A stretch of DNA of 64,000 nt from an uncultured Ruminococcus sp. (GCA_910584195.1 CAJTYV010000001.1:239728-303727), one strand, 5' to 3'; positions 10,726 through 21,566 are shown, counted from the stretch's first letter. Numbers and translations: made by a program. Notes: generated from the letters alone by a model not told the origin.

Positions 10726-11002
10726 TAATTATCCTTTTTATGACGCTCCTGATACCGCAGTAATCACCTGCCGTCATATTATTGAGGACGGCGAGCCTGT
10801 CCTTTATGTTTCCCACGACAGCGATGACGGTATGTGGCAGTTTCTGTGCGGAAAATCTCACGATACAGACGATGCAAGAGTTGTCTCGCTCATTGATATT
10901 TTCAGCATAGATAACTCTGTAGGCGAACTGTACGAACTTCCTCTCGGCTGTTGTGCTGAAAGAGATAACGTTGATTCGGAGTGGAGAATTTACAGAAATT
11001 AA
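10718..11002 (+). CDS. Hypothetical small acidic protein; its ATG overlaps the lysA stop (ATGTATAA)
   Basis: An in-frame ATG at 10718 (MYNNYPFYDAP...) overlaps the lysA stop at 10723-10725. Confidence 0.5.
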   Translation: MYNNYPFYDAPDTAVITCRHIIEDGEPVLYVSHDSDDGMWQFLCGKSHDTDDARVVSLIDIFSIDNSVGELYELPLGCCAERDNVDSEWRIYRN

Positions 11003-11021
11003 TAGAATGATTTTATTAAGC

Positions 11022-11050
11022 AGTCCTGAGAAATCGGGACTGTTTTGTCA
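11022..11050 (+). terminator. Rho-independent terminator
   Basis: cagtcc tgagaaatc gggactg hairpin followed by ttttgtcattatttg. Confidence 0.6.
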
Positions 11051-11059
11051 TTATTTGTA

Positions 11060-11095
11060 ATAATATATTAATTGACATTCATTAAAGAATTATGT
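11060..11095 (+). promoter_or_regulatory. Sigma-A-type promoter (TTGACA-17-TAAAAT)
   Basis: ttgacattcattaaagaattatgtaaaat lies upstream of the aaggagg RBS at 11108. Confidence 0.55.
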
Positions 11096-11212
11096 AAAAT
11101 ATAAACAAAGGAGGCGATTTTTATAAAAAAATCTATTGGAATATCTATCATTATTCTTTTCATACCTGTTGTACCGGCACTGGTCATCAGCGGTTTATCT
11201 TCAAATGCTGGT

Positions 11213-11623
11213 TTGGACGAAGGTTCCCGTCTGGGAATAGTTTCATGTTCATTTGCATTTTTCGAACAGATTTTCTGCGCAATTGCCTCAATTATTTTAC
11301 TTATTGTCTTTGACTGCCGATACAGACAGCGTGACAGACAGTGTACTGCATATATTATAACATCATCATTTCTGAATCTGCCGACTTTCGCACTGATTAT
11401 AATGAAAATCGCAAGTTATTTAATCAATTCGTCAGGTCAATATCACAGAAATGGAAACGAGTATAATTATTGGGCTGCATTTGCGGAGGAGGTAAACAGT
11501 TTTTTCGGAGTTGTCGTTCTGGGAATATGTTTTCTGTTCTGTTCAGCTACAACAATCGGCGTACTTCTGAAGTTCTGTTATATTAATCAACGGCTTAAAA
11601 ATCCTAATTATGTATATAAATGA
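11213..11623 (+). CDS. Hypothetical membrane protein; the true start is probably upstream at a non-ATG codon
   Basis: The frame is open from 11105. A strong aaggagg RBS at 11108-11114 is followed by a hydrophobic N-terminus (IKKSIGISIIILFIPVVPALVISG) with no ATG, GTG or TTG start before 11213. Confidence 0.45.
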   Translation: MDEGSRLGIVSCSFAFFEQIFCAIASIILLIVFDCRYRQRDRQCTAYIITSSFLNLPTFALIIMKIASYLINSSGQYHRNGNEYNYWAAFAEEVNSFFGVVVLGICFLFCSATTIGVLLKFCYINQRLKNPNYVYK

Positions 11624-11704
11624 AAACAGTCCCGAATCATCGGGGCTGTTTTGTTGTGCTAACAAATATAAAAAGGCTGACTGATTTTTACATTGTTTAT
11701 TTAT

Positions 11705-11735
11705 TGACAAAGTTCTTAAAATGTAGTAAAATATA
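11705..11735 (+). promoter_or_regulatory. Sigma-A-type promoter (TTGACA-17-TAAAAT) for the aconitase gene
   Basis: ttgacaaagttcttaaaatgtagtaaaat. Confidence 0.55.
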
Positions 11736-11817
11736 AGATGAGCGGATTGTGTCCAAAGACAGATCCCTATTGATGCAAGAATGCAGCGATGCGCTGCCCG
11801 AAAGGATCGTGATTATC

Positions 11818-13755
11818 ATGGGTTTAACACTTACTGAAAAAATTTTGAAAGCTCATCTCGTTGACGGCGAATATATCAAGGGTCAGGAGATCGGCATTAA
11901 GATCGACCAAACGCTTACGCAGGACGCTACGGGTACTATGGCTTATCTCGAATTTGAGGCTATGGGCGTACCGAGAGTCAAAACTGAGCGTTCAGTTGCT
12001 TATATCGACCACAATACGCTCCAAAGCGGCTTTGAAAACGCTGATGACCACCGTTTTATCGGTTCAGCCGCTAAAAAGCATGGTATCTACTTCTCGCGTC
12101 CCGGTAACGGCATCTGCCATCAGGTTCACCTCGAACGCTTCGGCATTCCCGGCAAGACGCTTATCGGCTCTGACAGCCATACTCCCACAGGCGGCGGTAT
12201 CGGCATGATAGCTATCGGCGCAGGCGGACTTGACGTTGCTGTTGCTATGGGCGGCGGCGCTTACTACATAACCTGCCCCAAGGTCGTTAAGGTAAATCTC
12301 ACAGGAAAACTCCGTCCATGGGTAGCTGCTAAGGACGTTATCCTTGAGGTTCTCAAAAGATTGTACGTTAAGGGCGGCGTAGGCAAGGTCATTGAGTACG
12401 TGGGTGAAGGCGTTAAAACGCTGTCAGTTCCCGAACGCGCTACTATTACTAATATGGGCGCAGAACTCGGCGCAACTACGTCTATCTTCCCCTCGGACGA
12501 AATTACTAAGCAGTTCCTCAAAGCTCAGCGCCGTGAGGACGACTGGACTCCTCTTTCTGCCGATGAGGACGCCGTTTACGATGAAGAACTTAATATCGAC
12601 CTCAGCGAACTCGTTCCGCTTGCAGCTTGTCCTCATTCTCCCGACAATGTTAAGAGCGTTGAAGAAATAGGCAAACTTAAAATAGATCAGGTATGTATCG
12701 GTTCATGTACGAACTCATCGCTTCTCGATATGCTGAAAGTCGCTCACATCTTAAAGGGCAAGACCATTCACCCCGATGTTTCTCTCGCTATTGCTCCCGG
12801 CTCTAAGCAGGTTCTTAACATGATGGCTGAAAACGGCGCACTTGCAACTCTTATTGATGCAGGCGCAAGAATACTCGAAAGCGCGTGCGGTCCGTGTATC
12901 GGCATGGGACAGTCCCCCAATTCAAAGGGTATTTCCCTGCGTACCTTCAACAGAAACTTTGAGGGACGCTCAGGAACAAAAGACGGTCAGATCTACCTCG
13001 TATCTCCTGAAATGGCTGCGATCTCCGCTGTAAACGGTTTCCTGACAGACCCGCGCGAAATCGGAGATATGCCCGAATTCAAACTTCCCGAAGAATTTAC
13101 TATCAACGATAATATGGTCGTTCCTCCTGCTTCCGTTGAAGAAATGGACAGCGTTGAGATTCTGAGAGGTCCAAATATCAAACCTTATCCCGAAACTTCT
13201 CCGCTTCTTGAAACTATTGACGCCCCCGTTTCTCTTAAAGTCGGCGACAATATCACTACCGACCACATTATGCCTGCCGGAGCTAAAATTCTTCCTCTGC
13301 GTTCAAACGTACCGAAAATTTCCCAGTATTGCTTTGCGGTGTGCGATGAAAGCTTCCCGAAAAGAGCTGAAAGACTGGGCAAAAGCATTATTGTCGGAGG
13401 TTCAAATTACGGTCAGGGCAGTTCGAGAGAACACGCTGCGCTTGCGCCTCTGTATCTCGGAGTAAAGGCAGTTCTCGTTAAATCATTTGCACGTATTCAT
13501 CGTGCTAACCTTATAAATGCCGGCATACTCCCCCTTACCTTTGTAAACGAAGCCGATTACGATAAAATTAACGAAGGCGATGAACTTCTCCTTGCCGATA
13601 TAAGACAAGCGATCGCTGACGGCAAATCAGAACTTATTGTAGTCGATAAGACAAACGGAGCTGAAATACCTGTACTCTGCGAGCTTTCAGGACGTACAAA
13701 GGATATTATCCTTGCCGGCGGACTTCTTGACTACACAAGAGAAAGTATGAAATAA
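11818..13755 (+). CDS. acn: Aconitate hydratase (aconitase A family, short form)
   Basis: Fe-S ligand motifs SDSHTP, CGPCIGMGQ and NRNFEGRSG. The likely start is MGLTLTEKILKAHL at 11818. Confidence 0.9.
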   Translation: MGLTLTEKILKAHLVDGEYIKGQEIGIKIDQTLTQDATGTMAYLEFEAMGVPRVKTERSVAYIDHNTLQSGFENADDHRFIGSAAKKHGIYFSRPGNGICHQVHLERFGIPGKTLIGSDSHTPTGGGIGMIAIGAGGLDVAVAMGGGAYYITCPKVVKVNLTGKLRPWVAAKDVILEVLKRLYVKGGVGKVIEYVGEGVKTLSVPERATITNMGAELGATTSIFPSDEITKQFLKAQRREDDWTPLSADEDAVYDEELNIDLSELVPLAACPHSPDNVKSVEEIGKLKIDQVCIGSCTNSSLLDMLKVAHILKGKTIHPDVSLAIAPGSKQVLNMMAENGALATLIDAGARILESACGPCIGMGQSPNSKGISLRTFNRNFEGRSGTKDGQIYLVSPEMAAISAVNGFLTDPREIGDMPEFKLPEEFTINDNMVVPPASVEEMDSVEILRGPNIKPYPETSPLLETIDAPVSLKVGDNITTDHIMPAGAKILPLRSNVPKISQYCFAVCDESFPKRAERLGKSIIVGGSNYGQGSSREHAALAPLYLGVKAVLVKSFARIHRANLINAGILPLTFVNEADYDKINEGDELLLADIRQAIADGKSELIVVDKTNGAEIPVLCELSGRTKDIILAGGLLDYTRESMK

Positions 13756-13851
13756 TAACTGAATTGTATCAGCTTACTGATATTGCCGGTATATTACTGT
13801 TTCTTTCTTGAATAATCATATTGGCGGTACCTTTGATATAGGGGTGACATA

Positions 13852-14214
13852 ATGAAGATAATTGATATAATCAAAGACGTTTTTTATGATTTGGATCATA
13901 ATTATAACGATGCAAGAGATTTTTACAAAAGCCAAGGCGACTATTCATTAAGAGGAAGCCGAGGTGCGGCAGGAGCATCATTCTTTAAAACATTTTTACC
14001 GAATTTTGCAGGTTTCTTTGTAGGTCTTGCCTTCACTAAGCTCATGGGATTTGAGGGAATAGCTTACCTTATTCTCGGTATCATCGGAGCTATGGGAATC
14101 GGAGTTCTCAACAGTGTTCTTTTTCAGGGAATAAGTTTGAAATATGCTGTCATCAGGCACGTTATCATTGTGCTGGGATTAAGCCTGATTTTTGGATTAC
14201 TAATGCTGCTTTAA
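13852..14214 (+). CDS. Hypothetical small membrane protein
   Basis: A 120-aa ORF with three predicted hydrophobic helices. I recognised no family motif. Confidence 0.4.
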   Translation: MKIIDIIKDVFYDLDHNYNDARDFYKSQGDYSLRGSRGAAGASFFKTFLPNFAGFFVGLAFTKLMGFEGIAYLILGIIGAMGIGVLNSVLFQGISLKYAVIRHVIIVLGLSLIFGLLMLL

Positions 14215-14357
14215 GAACATGTTTAAAGAAACACCGATCATATTACGTCTGACGGCTTGACATACATCTTGCTTGCAATTTTCGCTGTATTGCTTTTAAC
14301 AGCATGCTTTAAAGTGGAGAAAAGCAGATAGTAAATTATTTACGGAGGTATAAATCA

Positions 14358-15569
14358 ATGGCAAAAATTACCATGAAGACTCCCTTGGTGGAAATGGACG
14401 GAGACGAAATGACCCGAATCCTCTGGCAGTGGATTAAGGAAATTCTTCTTGAACCATACGTTGAACTTAACACGGAATACTACGATCTCGGACTTGAATA
14501 CCGTGAAAAAACAAAAGATCAGGTTACTATTGATTCCGCCGAGGCTACGAAAAAATACGGAGTTGCCGTAAAATGTGCGACAATTACTCCCAACGCAGCA
14601 AGAATGCCAGAGTACAACCTTACACAGATGTGGAAATCCCCCAACGGAACTATCAGAGCCGCGCTCGACGGAACTGTTTTCAGAACACCCATTATTGTTA
14701 AGGGAATCGAACCGTATATCCCTACATGGACGAAACCTATCACTATCGCCCGTCACGCTTACGGCGATGTTTACAAAAACTCTGAAATGCGCGTTGAAAA
14801 AGGATGTAAGGCGGAACTTGTAGTTACTGACGAAAACGGAAACGAAACGCGTGAGCTTATTCACGATTTTGCAAAATCAGACGGTATCATTCAGGGACTT
14901 CACAATCTTGATGATTCTATCGCAGGTTTTGCAAGAGCATGCCTTAACTACGGTCTCGACCTGAAACAGGACGTATGGTTCGCTACAAAGGATACCATTT
15001 CCAAAAAATACGATCACCGTTTCAAGGATATTTTCGCTGAGATCTACGAAAACGAATATAAAGAAAAATACGAGGCTGCCGGAATTGAGTATTTTTATAC
15101 TCTTATTGACGATGCAGTTGCCCGTGTTATACGTTCCAACGGAGGATATATCTGGGCTTGCAAAAACTATGACGGAGACGTAATGTCTGATATGGTTTCA
15201 ACTGCTTACGGTTCGCTTGCTATGATGACATCTGTTCTTGTATCTCCTGACGGCATTTACGAATATGAAGCGGCACACGGCACTGTACAGCGTCATTACT
15301 ATAAGTATCTCAAGGGCGAAGAAACATCTACCAACTCTGTTGCTACTATTTTTGCATGGTCCGGCGCACTCCGCAAACGGGGAGAACTTGACGAAACTCC
15401 GGAACTATGCGAATTCGCGGATAAACTTGAAAAAGCTACCGTTCAAACTATTGAAAGCGGAATTATGACAGGCGATCTTTACCTTATTTCCAAGCTTGAA
15501 AACAAGAAAAAGGTTGACTCTAAAACATTCCTTGAAGAAATCAAGGTAAATCTCGATAAGCTTATTTAA
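14358..15569 (+). CDS. icd: NADP-dependent isocitrate dehydrogenase (eukaryote-like homodimeric type, about 400 aa)
   Basis: The N-terminus [15 protein letters not shown](L)W and the overall length match IDH1/IDH2-like enzymes. Confidence 0.85.
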   Translation: MAKITMKTPLVEMDGDEMTRILWQWIKEILLEPYVELNTEYYDLGLEYREKTKDQVTIDSAEATKKYGVAVKCATITPNAARMPEYNLTQMWKSPNGTIRAALDGTVFRTPIIVKGIEPYIPTWTKPITIARHAYGDVYKNSEMRVEKGCKAELVVTDENGNETRELIHDFAKSDGIIQGLHNLDDSIAGFARACLNYGLDLKQDVWFATKDTISKKYDHRFKDIFAEIYENEYKEKYEAAGIEYFYTLIDDAVARVIRSNGGYIWACKNYDGDVMSDMVSTAYGSLAMMTSVLVSPDGIYEYEAAHGTVQRHYYKYLKGEETSTNSVATIFAWSGALRKRGELDETPELCEFADKLEKATVQTIESGIMTGDLYLISKLENKKKVDSKTFLEEIKVNLDKLI

Positions 15570-15857
15570 AGAGGAACGCTGACTATGAACTGCGCCCTCT
15601 CCGCACATTCCAAATGCAGGTCAGCTCGCAGTTCAGTCAGCGGTTTCCAAGAATACATATCTGTAAATACAGATTTATACTCGCCGCTATTGCAAAATGT
15701 CCAAAGGATGCCGAACAGAAATTTTGTATGTTAAAGCGGAGGAGAAAAGCATACTGTCGTATGGTAACGACGACAACGCAGAAAGACAAAATTTGTGTCA
15801 GCATAACTGGATATTTTGTAACAGCGGCGAGTATATGTATTCCGGGAGGGCTAAATA

Positions 15858-16499
15858 ATGTCAAAAAACACAATTTCTAATTCCGTTATCAGACGTTTAC
15901 CGAGATACCACCGTTTTCTCGGTGAATTGGAAGCCAACGGATATGTTCGGATCTCTTCGAGAGAACTTGCCGAAAAAATGGGACTTACCGCTTCTCAGAT
16001 ACGTCAGGACTTTAATTGTTTCGGTGAATTCGGTCAGCAGGGTTACGGCTATAATGTCAGTGCTCTCAAAGGAGAGATTGGAAGAATATTGGGGCTTGAC
16101 AGAGTGACCCCAATGATACTGCTCGGTGCAGGCAACCTCGGAAGAGCTATCGCTTCCCATGTTGATTTTCGCAGCAAAGGCTTTGAGCTGATCGGCATTT
16201 TTGATTCAAGCAAAGAGATTATCGGCAAAAAAATCGGCGATATCACTATATCAGATATAAGCGAACTTGATGCTTTTTGCAGCAAAACAAAACCTCAGGG
16301 AGCTGTTCTCTGTATTCCAAAAGAGGCTGCTGCAAAGGAAATAGAAAAACTTATTGGATTTGGAATACGGGCTTTCTGGAATTTCACTCACTATGACCTG
16401 CGTATTGACCATGCGGATATTGCGGTGGAAAACGTTCACCTTGGCGACAGCCTTGCTACATTATCCTATCGTCTCAATCCGAACAGCAACGTTTGTTAA
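15858..16499 (+). CDS. rex: Redox-sensing transcriptional repressor Rex
   Basis: N-terminal RRLPRYHRFL winged-helix motif and a Rossmann motif GAGNLGRA. Confidence 0.9.
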   Translation: MSKNTISNSVIRRLPRYHRFLGELEANGYVRISSRELAEKMGLTASQIRQDFNCFGEFGQQGYGYNVSALKGEIGRILGLDRVTPMILLGAGNLGRAIASHVDFRSKGFELIGIFDSSKEIIGKKIGDITISDISELDAFCSKTKPQGAVLCIPKEAAAKEIEKLIGFGIRAFWNFTHYDLRIDHADIAVENVHLGDSLATLSYRLNPNSNVC

Positions 16500-16561
16500 A
16501 AAAATCACTAACTTTTGGAAAGTGAATAAATAAATTCTTTAATTAAAGGTGGTAACTTTAA

Positions 16562-17938
16562 ATGGATTATCGTATTGAACATGACTCTATGGGAGAGGTC
16601 AGAGTACCTGCTGATAAATACTGGGCAGCTCAGACCGAACGAAGTCACGAAAATTTTCTTATCGGAGTTGGTATAGAGACTATGCCTCGTGAGATAACTC
16701 ACGCTTTCGGTATTTTAAAAAAGGCTGCTGCTATTGCAAATCATGAGCTTCGTCCCGAAAAAATGACGGATGAAAAGCTTTCCGCAATTTCTCAGGCTTG
16801 CGACGAGGTGATCAGCGGTTCTCTCAACGATCATTTTCCGCTTGTCGTATGGCAGACAGGCAGCGGAACTCAATCCAATATGAATGCTAACGAGGTAATT
16901 GCCAACCGCGGAAATGAAATTGCCGGAAGCAAACTTCTTCATCCAAATGATGACATTAATATGAGCCAGTCATCAAACGACACATTCCCTACGGCAATGC
17001 ACATTGCCGCTGTAATAGCAATTGAAGATAAGGTCATTCCAGCTGTTAACACGCTCATTGATACTTTTAAAAGACTTGAAGCTGAAAACGACGGTATCGT
17101 AAAAAGCGGACGCACACATCTTCAGGACGCTACTCCCATTAAGTTCTCTCAGGAAATAAGCGGCTGGAGAGCGTCTCTTGAAAAAGATAAGAAAATGATA
17201 CTTTCTTCCTGCGAAGAGCTTAAAGAACTTGCTCTCGGCGGAACTGCCGTTGGTACAGGACTCAATGCTCCGAAAGGATTTGCCGAAAAATCTGCAGCTG
17301 CTATAAGCGAACTTACAGGGAAGAAGTTTATTACAGCCGAAAATAAGTTCCACTCGCTTACTTCGAAGGACGAAATCGTTTTCGCTCACGGCGCATTAAA
17401 AGCTTTGGCTGCCGATATGATGAAAATAGCAAACGATGTACGCTGGCTGGCTTCGGGTCCCCGTGACGGTCTCGGAGAAATATTCATTCCCGAAAATGAA
17501 CCCGGTTCATCTATCATGCCCGGCAAAGTAAATCCTACTCAATGTGAACAGGCTACAATGGTTGCGGTACAGGTAATGGGCAATGATGTAGCCGTTGGAA
17601 TGGCAGCTTCTCAGGGTAACTTTGAACTTAACGTATTTATGCCCGTTTGTGCATATAATTTCTTACAGTCGGCTCGTCTGCTTGCCGAATCAATAATGTC
17701 CTTCAACAAAAACTGCGCCGTCGGCATTAAGGCAAACAAGGAGAAAATGCATCATAACCTGCATAATTCCCTTATGCTCGTTACTGCGCTCAATCCCTAC
17801 ATCGGCTATGAAAATGCCGCTAAAACCGCAAAAAAAGCTTTCAAGGACAATATTTCACTTAAAGAAGCCTGCGTGGAGCTTGGATTCCTCACGGAAGAAA
17901 AATTCGATGAGGTTTTCCATCCCGAGCAAATGGCGTAA
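16562..17938 (+). CDS. fumC: Fumarate hydratase class II
   Basis: Fumarase/aspartase family signature GSSIMPGKVNPTQCE. The SSNDTFPTAMHIAA motif favours FumC over AspA. Confidence 0.85.
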   Translation: MDYRIEHDSMGEVRVPADKYWAAQTERSHENFLIGVGIETMPREITHAFGILKKAAAIANHELRPEKMTDEKLSAISQACDEVISGSLNDHFPLVVWQTGSGTQSNMNANEVIANRGNEIAGSKLLHPNDDINMSQSSNDTFPTAMHIAAVIAIEDKVIPAVNTLIDTFKRLEAENDGIVKSGRTHLQDATPIKFSQEISGWRASLEKDKKMILSSCEELKELALGGTAVGTGLNAPKGFAEKSAAAISELTGKKFITAENKFHSLTSKDEIVFAHGALKALAADMMKIANDVRWLASGPRDGLGEIFIPENEPGSSIMPGKVNPTQCEQATMVAVQVMGNDVAVGMAASQGNFELNVFMPVCAYNFLQSARLLAESIMSFNKNCAVGIKANKEKMHHNLHNSLMLVTALNPYIGYENAAKTAKKAFKDNISLKEACVELGFLTEEKFDEVFHPEQMA

Positions 17939-17960
17939 TCTGTCATGAAAGGAAGATATT

Positions 17961-18755
17961 ATGCAGACATTTACATACTATCCCGGCTGTACGCTGAGAA
18001 CTAAGGCCAAGGATCTTGACGCTTACGCAAGAAAGTCTGCCGAAGCTCTTGGAATCAGCCTTGTCGAGCCTGAAAACTGGCAGTGCTGCGGCGGAGCGTA
18101 CACATCGGCAACAAACGAGCCTGCTACAAAACTTTCCGCCGTAAGAACTCTTATGGCTGCTAAAGAAACAGAGGGACTCGTTACCGTATGCTCCGCATGT
18201 CATAATGTCATTAAACAGACTAACTATGATATTTCCCGTAATGAGGCTATGGCTGTCAAAGTACAGAGATACCTCGGTCTGGAAGAAGCTTACACAGGTG
18301 ATACCAAGGTATATCATTATCTCGAACTGCTCCGAGACGTTGTAGGCTTTGACAATCTTAAAACCAAGGTTGTGAATCCTTTAAAAAACAAGAAGATCGC
18401 CGCTTATTACGGCTGTCTCCTGCTCCGCCCGTCTAAGGCACTTGCTATGGACGATCCGGAAAATCCAACGATTATGGAAGATTTCATCAGAGCGATAGGC
18501 GGAACTCCCGTTATCTACGCTCAGAGGAACGAGTGCTGCGGCGGTTACATCACATTGGAGGATAAAGCTCAGGCGGCTAAACGAAGCAATGCAGTTATGG
18601 AATCAGCCGAAAGCATGGGAGCAGATATGATAATAACAGCTTGTCCGCTTTGTCTGTACAACCTGAAAAAAAATTCAGGCAGCAGTCTGCCTGTGTACTA
18701 CTTCACAGAGCTTCTTGCGGAAGCTTTAGGTTTGAAGGAGGTCAGCAATGAATAA
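17961..18755 (+). CDS. hdrB: HdrB-like subunit with two CCG domains (heterodisulfide reductase B / SdhE-TfrB-like)
   Basis: Two CCG domains: YYPGCTL...CCGGAY...CSAC and YYGCLL...CCGGY...CPLC. Confidence 0.8.
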   Translation: MQTFTYYPGCTLRTKAKDLDAYARKSAEALGISLVEPENWQCCGGAYTSATNEPATKLSAVRTLMAAKETEGLVTVCSACHNVIKQTNYDISRNEAMAVKVQRYLGLEEAYTGDTKVYHYLELLRDVVGFDNLKTKVVNPLKNKKIAAYYGCLLLRPSKALAMDDPENPTIMEDFIRAIGGTPVIYAQRNECCGGYITLEDKAQAAKRSNAVMESAESMGADMIITACPLCLYNLKKNSGSSLPVYYFTELLAEALGLKEVSNE

Positions 18756-19131
18756 GAACGAAAAGGACTGGATAGATATTACAAGCGGAGTAAACGTCCG
18801 CAAGTGTATGAGATGCGGAAAATGCTCGGCGACTTGTCCCTCATATGATGAAATGGAATATCATCCTCATCAGTTTGTTTATATGGTCGAAAAGGGAAAC
18901 ATAGAGCCGCTTTTGAACTCAAAATCTCTGTACAAATGCCTGACCTGCTTCGCCTGCGTTGAAAGGTGTCCGCGCGGCGTTGAGCCTGCAAAGGTCGTTG
19001 AGGCTGTACGTCTCACGGCAGTCCGCAAACAAGGGAACAATCACCTGCTTCCCGACCAAATACCCGATATGCTCGATGACGATCTTCCGCAGCAGGCGAT
19101 CGTTACGGCATTCAGAAAATACACAAAGTAA
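18748..19131 (+). CDS. hdrC: HdrC-like 2x[4Fe-4S] ferredoxin subunit
   Basis: Cluster motifs CMRCGKCSATCP and CLTCFACVERCP. Its start overlaps the hdrB stop. Confidence 0.8.
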   Translation: MNKNEKDWIDITSGVNVRKCMRCGKCSATCPSYDEMEYHPHQFVYMVEKGNIEPLLNSKSLYKCLTCFACVERCPRGVEPAKVVEAVRLTAVRKQGNNHLLPDQIPDMLDDDLPQQAIVTAFRKYTK

Positions 19132-19143
19132 GGAGGAGCGGCT

Positions 19144-21135
19144 ATGCAGAAAATAGGTGTTTTTGTCTGCCATTGCGGTACTAATATCGCTGCTACGGTA
19201 GACGTTAAAGCTGTTGCAGAGGCTCTTTCCCATGAGCCGGGAGTAGTCATCTCTCAGGATTATCAATACATGTGCTCCGAATCAGGACAGGAACTTGTAA
19301 AAAATGCAATCAAAGAACACGGACTGACAGGAGTCGTTGTATGCTCCTGCTCGCCGAGAATGCATGAAAATACATTCAGAAAAGCGGCAGCTTCCGCAGG
19401 ACTTAACCCATATCTTGTAGAGATCGCAAATATCCGCGAACAATGCTCCTGGATCCACAAGGATATTGCCTCCGCTACGGATAAAGCCGTTATCCTCGGA
19501 AAAGCGGCTGTTGCTAAAGTCCACCTGAATACGCCTCTCACAGCAGGAGAAAGTCCGGTTGTAAAGCGTGCGCTTGTTATAGGCGGCGGAATAGCGGGAA
19601 TACAAACGGCTCTTGATATTGCCGAAGCCGGATTTGACGTTGACATTGTTGAAAAAGAACCTACTATCGGCGGAAAAATGGCTCAGATCGACAAAACCTT
19701 CCCCACACTCGACTGTGCCGCATGTATACTTACCCCTAAAATGGTAGAGGCTGCTCAGAACGAACATATCACTATCCATTCTTTCAGCGAAATCAGCGAT
19801 GTCAAGGGTTTTGTGGGCAACTTTACCGTTACTATAAAGAAAAAGGCACGTTACGTTGACGAAACAAAATGTACCGGATGCGGACTTTGTACCGAAAAAT
19901 GCCCTATGAAAAAAGTTCCCAACGAATTCAATATGGGACTTGACAACAGGACAGCCGTATATATTCCTTTTGCTCAGGCAGTTCCGAAAGTAGCAACAAT
20001 TGATCCGAATTACTGTATGATGCTGAAAAACGGCAAGTGCGGCGTATGTTCAAAGGTCTGCTCGGTCGGCGCGATCGACTATAAGCAGAAAGATAAGCTT
20101 ATAGAACAAAAATACGGCGCAATCGTTGTCGCTACAGGTTTCAATCCCATTAAGCTCGACAAATACGATGAATTTGCATACAGCTTCTGCCCCGATGTCG
20201 TTACGTCTCTTGAACTTGAAAGACTTATGAACGCAGCAGGTCCTAACGGAGGAACGCTGCTTCGTCCCTCTGACAAAACTCATCCTCATACAATCGTTTT
20301 CGTACAGTGCGTTGGTTCGCGGTGCGATGATGAAAAGGGCAAACAATACTGCTCTAAGATCTGCTGTATGTACACCGCAAAACACGCTATGCTTATCCGT
20401 GAGAAATACCCGGATACAGAGGTTTACGTATTTTACATAGATGTGCGTACACCCGGAAAGAATTTCGACGAATTCTACCGCCGTGCAGTTGAACAGTACA
20501 ACGTTCATTATATCAAAGGAATGGTCGGCAAGGTAACCCCAAAAGCTGACGGCAAAATTGATGTTCAGGCTTCTGATCTTATTTCAAACGAACAGCTTCA
20601 CATCAACGCCGATATGGTAGTTCTTGCGGCGGCAATCGAGCCTGACAAGACCGCACGTCCTCTTGCTACCATGCTCACAACTCAGATGGATACAAACGAC
20701 TTCTTCACAGAAGCTCACCCGAAGCTGCGCCCCGTAGAATCGGCTACGGCAGGCATCTTCCTTTCGGGAGCATGTCAGGGTCCGAAGGATATTCCTGAAA
20801 CTGTCGCTCAGGCAAGCGCCGCTGCGGCTAAGGCTATCGGACTTCTCTGCAAGAACAGCATTACATGCAATCCCTGCGTTGCTCATTCGGACGAACTTAT
20901 GTGCAACGGATGTTCAGCCTGCGAAAAGGTATGTCCTTACGGAGCTATAACATATCAGGATAAGGAATTCAGAATGCCTGACCGCTCCACAGCAATACGC
21001 CGCGTTGCGAGCGTAAACCCTGCCGTATGTCAGGGCTGCGGCGCATGTACGGTAGCATGTCCTTCGGGAGCTATGGATCTTAACGGCTTCTCAAACAGTC
21101 AGATTATGGCGGAGGTAGACGCGATATGCAAGTAA
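19144..21135 (+). CDS. hdrA: HdrA-like FAD-containing iron-sulfur subunit
   Basis: N-terminal KIGVFVCHCGTNIA, FAD motif ALVIGGGIAGIQTALDIAEAG, and several CxxCxxCxxxCP ferredoxin motifs across its 663 aa. Confidence 0.85.
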   Translation: MQKIGVFVCHCGTNIAATVDVKAVAEALSHEPGVVISQDYQYMCSESGQELVKNAIKEHGLTGVVVCSCSPRMHENTFRKAAASAGLNPYLVEIANIREQCSWIHKDIASATDKAVILGKAAVAKVHLNTPLTAGESPVVKRALVIGGGIAGIQTALDIAEAGFDVDIVEKEPTIGGKMAQIDKTFPTLDCAACILTPKMVEAAQNEHITIHSFSEISDVKGFVGNFTVTIKKKARYVDETKCTGCGLCTEKCPMKKVPNEFNMGLDNRTAVYIPFAQAVPKVATIDPNYCMMLKNGKCGVCSKVCSVGAIDYKQKDKLIEQKYGAIVVATGFNPIKLDKYDEFAYSFCPDVVTSLELERLMNAAGPNGGTLLRPSDKTHPHTIVFVQCVGSRCDDEKGKQYCSKICCMYTAKHAMLIREKYPDTEVYVFYIDVRTPGKNFDEFYRRAVEQYNVHYIKGMVGKVTPKADGKIDVQASDLISNEQLHINADMVVLAAAIEPDKTARPLATMLTTQMDTNDFFTEAHPKLRPVESATAGIFLSGACQGPKDIPETVAQASAAAAKAIGLLCKNSITCNPCVAHSDELMCNGCSACEKVCPYGAITYQDKEFRMPDRSTAIRRVASVNPAVCQGCGACTVACPSGAMDLNGFSNSQIMAEVDAICK

Positions 21136-21566
21136 ATGAAAATTTTGAACCTGTAGTAGTAGCATTCTGCTGTAACTGGTGTTCATATGCAGGTGCCGAC
21201 CTTTCCGGTACCAACCGATTGAATTATCCCACAAACGTCAAGATCATCCGAGTCCCCTGCTCATGCAGAGTAAACCCGATGTTCATTCTCCGCGCTTTCC
21301 AGAGAGGTGCGGACGGCGTTATTCTTTGCGGCTGTCATCCCGGAGACTGTCACTACACTTCGGGAAACTATTTCACAAGAAGAAGAATCACGCTTCTTTA
21401 CAGTATGCTTGATTTTCTCGGTATTGAGCGAAGCAGAACACGTCTTGAATGGGTCTCGGCAGCCGAGGGCGCAAAGTTTGCGGCTGTTATGAATCAGTTC
21501 GTTGAGGACGTTAAAAAGCTTGGCCCTAACCGTAGATTGGAGGATCTGAGATGCAGGAAGCAATAA
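21126..21566 (+). CDS. mvhD: MvhD/FlxD-like [2Fe-2S] subunit
   Basis: Motifs VVAFCCNWCSYAGAD and LCGCHPGDCHY. Confidence 0.8.
   Translation: MQVNENFEPVVVAFCCNWCSYAGADLSGTNRLNYPTNVKIIRVPCSCRVNPMFILRAFQRGADGVILCGCHPGDCHYTSGNYFTRRRITLLYSMLDFLGIERSRTRLEWVSAAEGAKFAAVMNQFVEDVKKLGPNRRLEDLRCRKQ

Noticed and set aside
15570-15857. Rex operator (TTGTGAA-N4-TTCACAA-like) upstream of rex, fumC or hdr
   Set aside because: Only partial half-sites (tttgtgtcagc, ttttgtaacag) and an unrelated 7-2-7 palindrome atctgtaaatacagat were found. No convincing full Rex box is present, so it is not reported as a feature.
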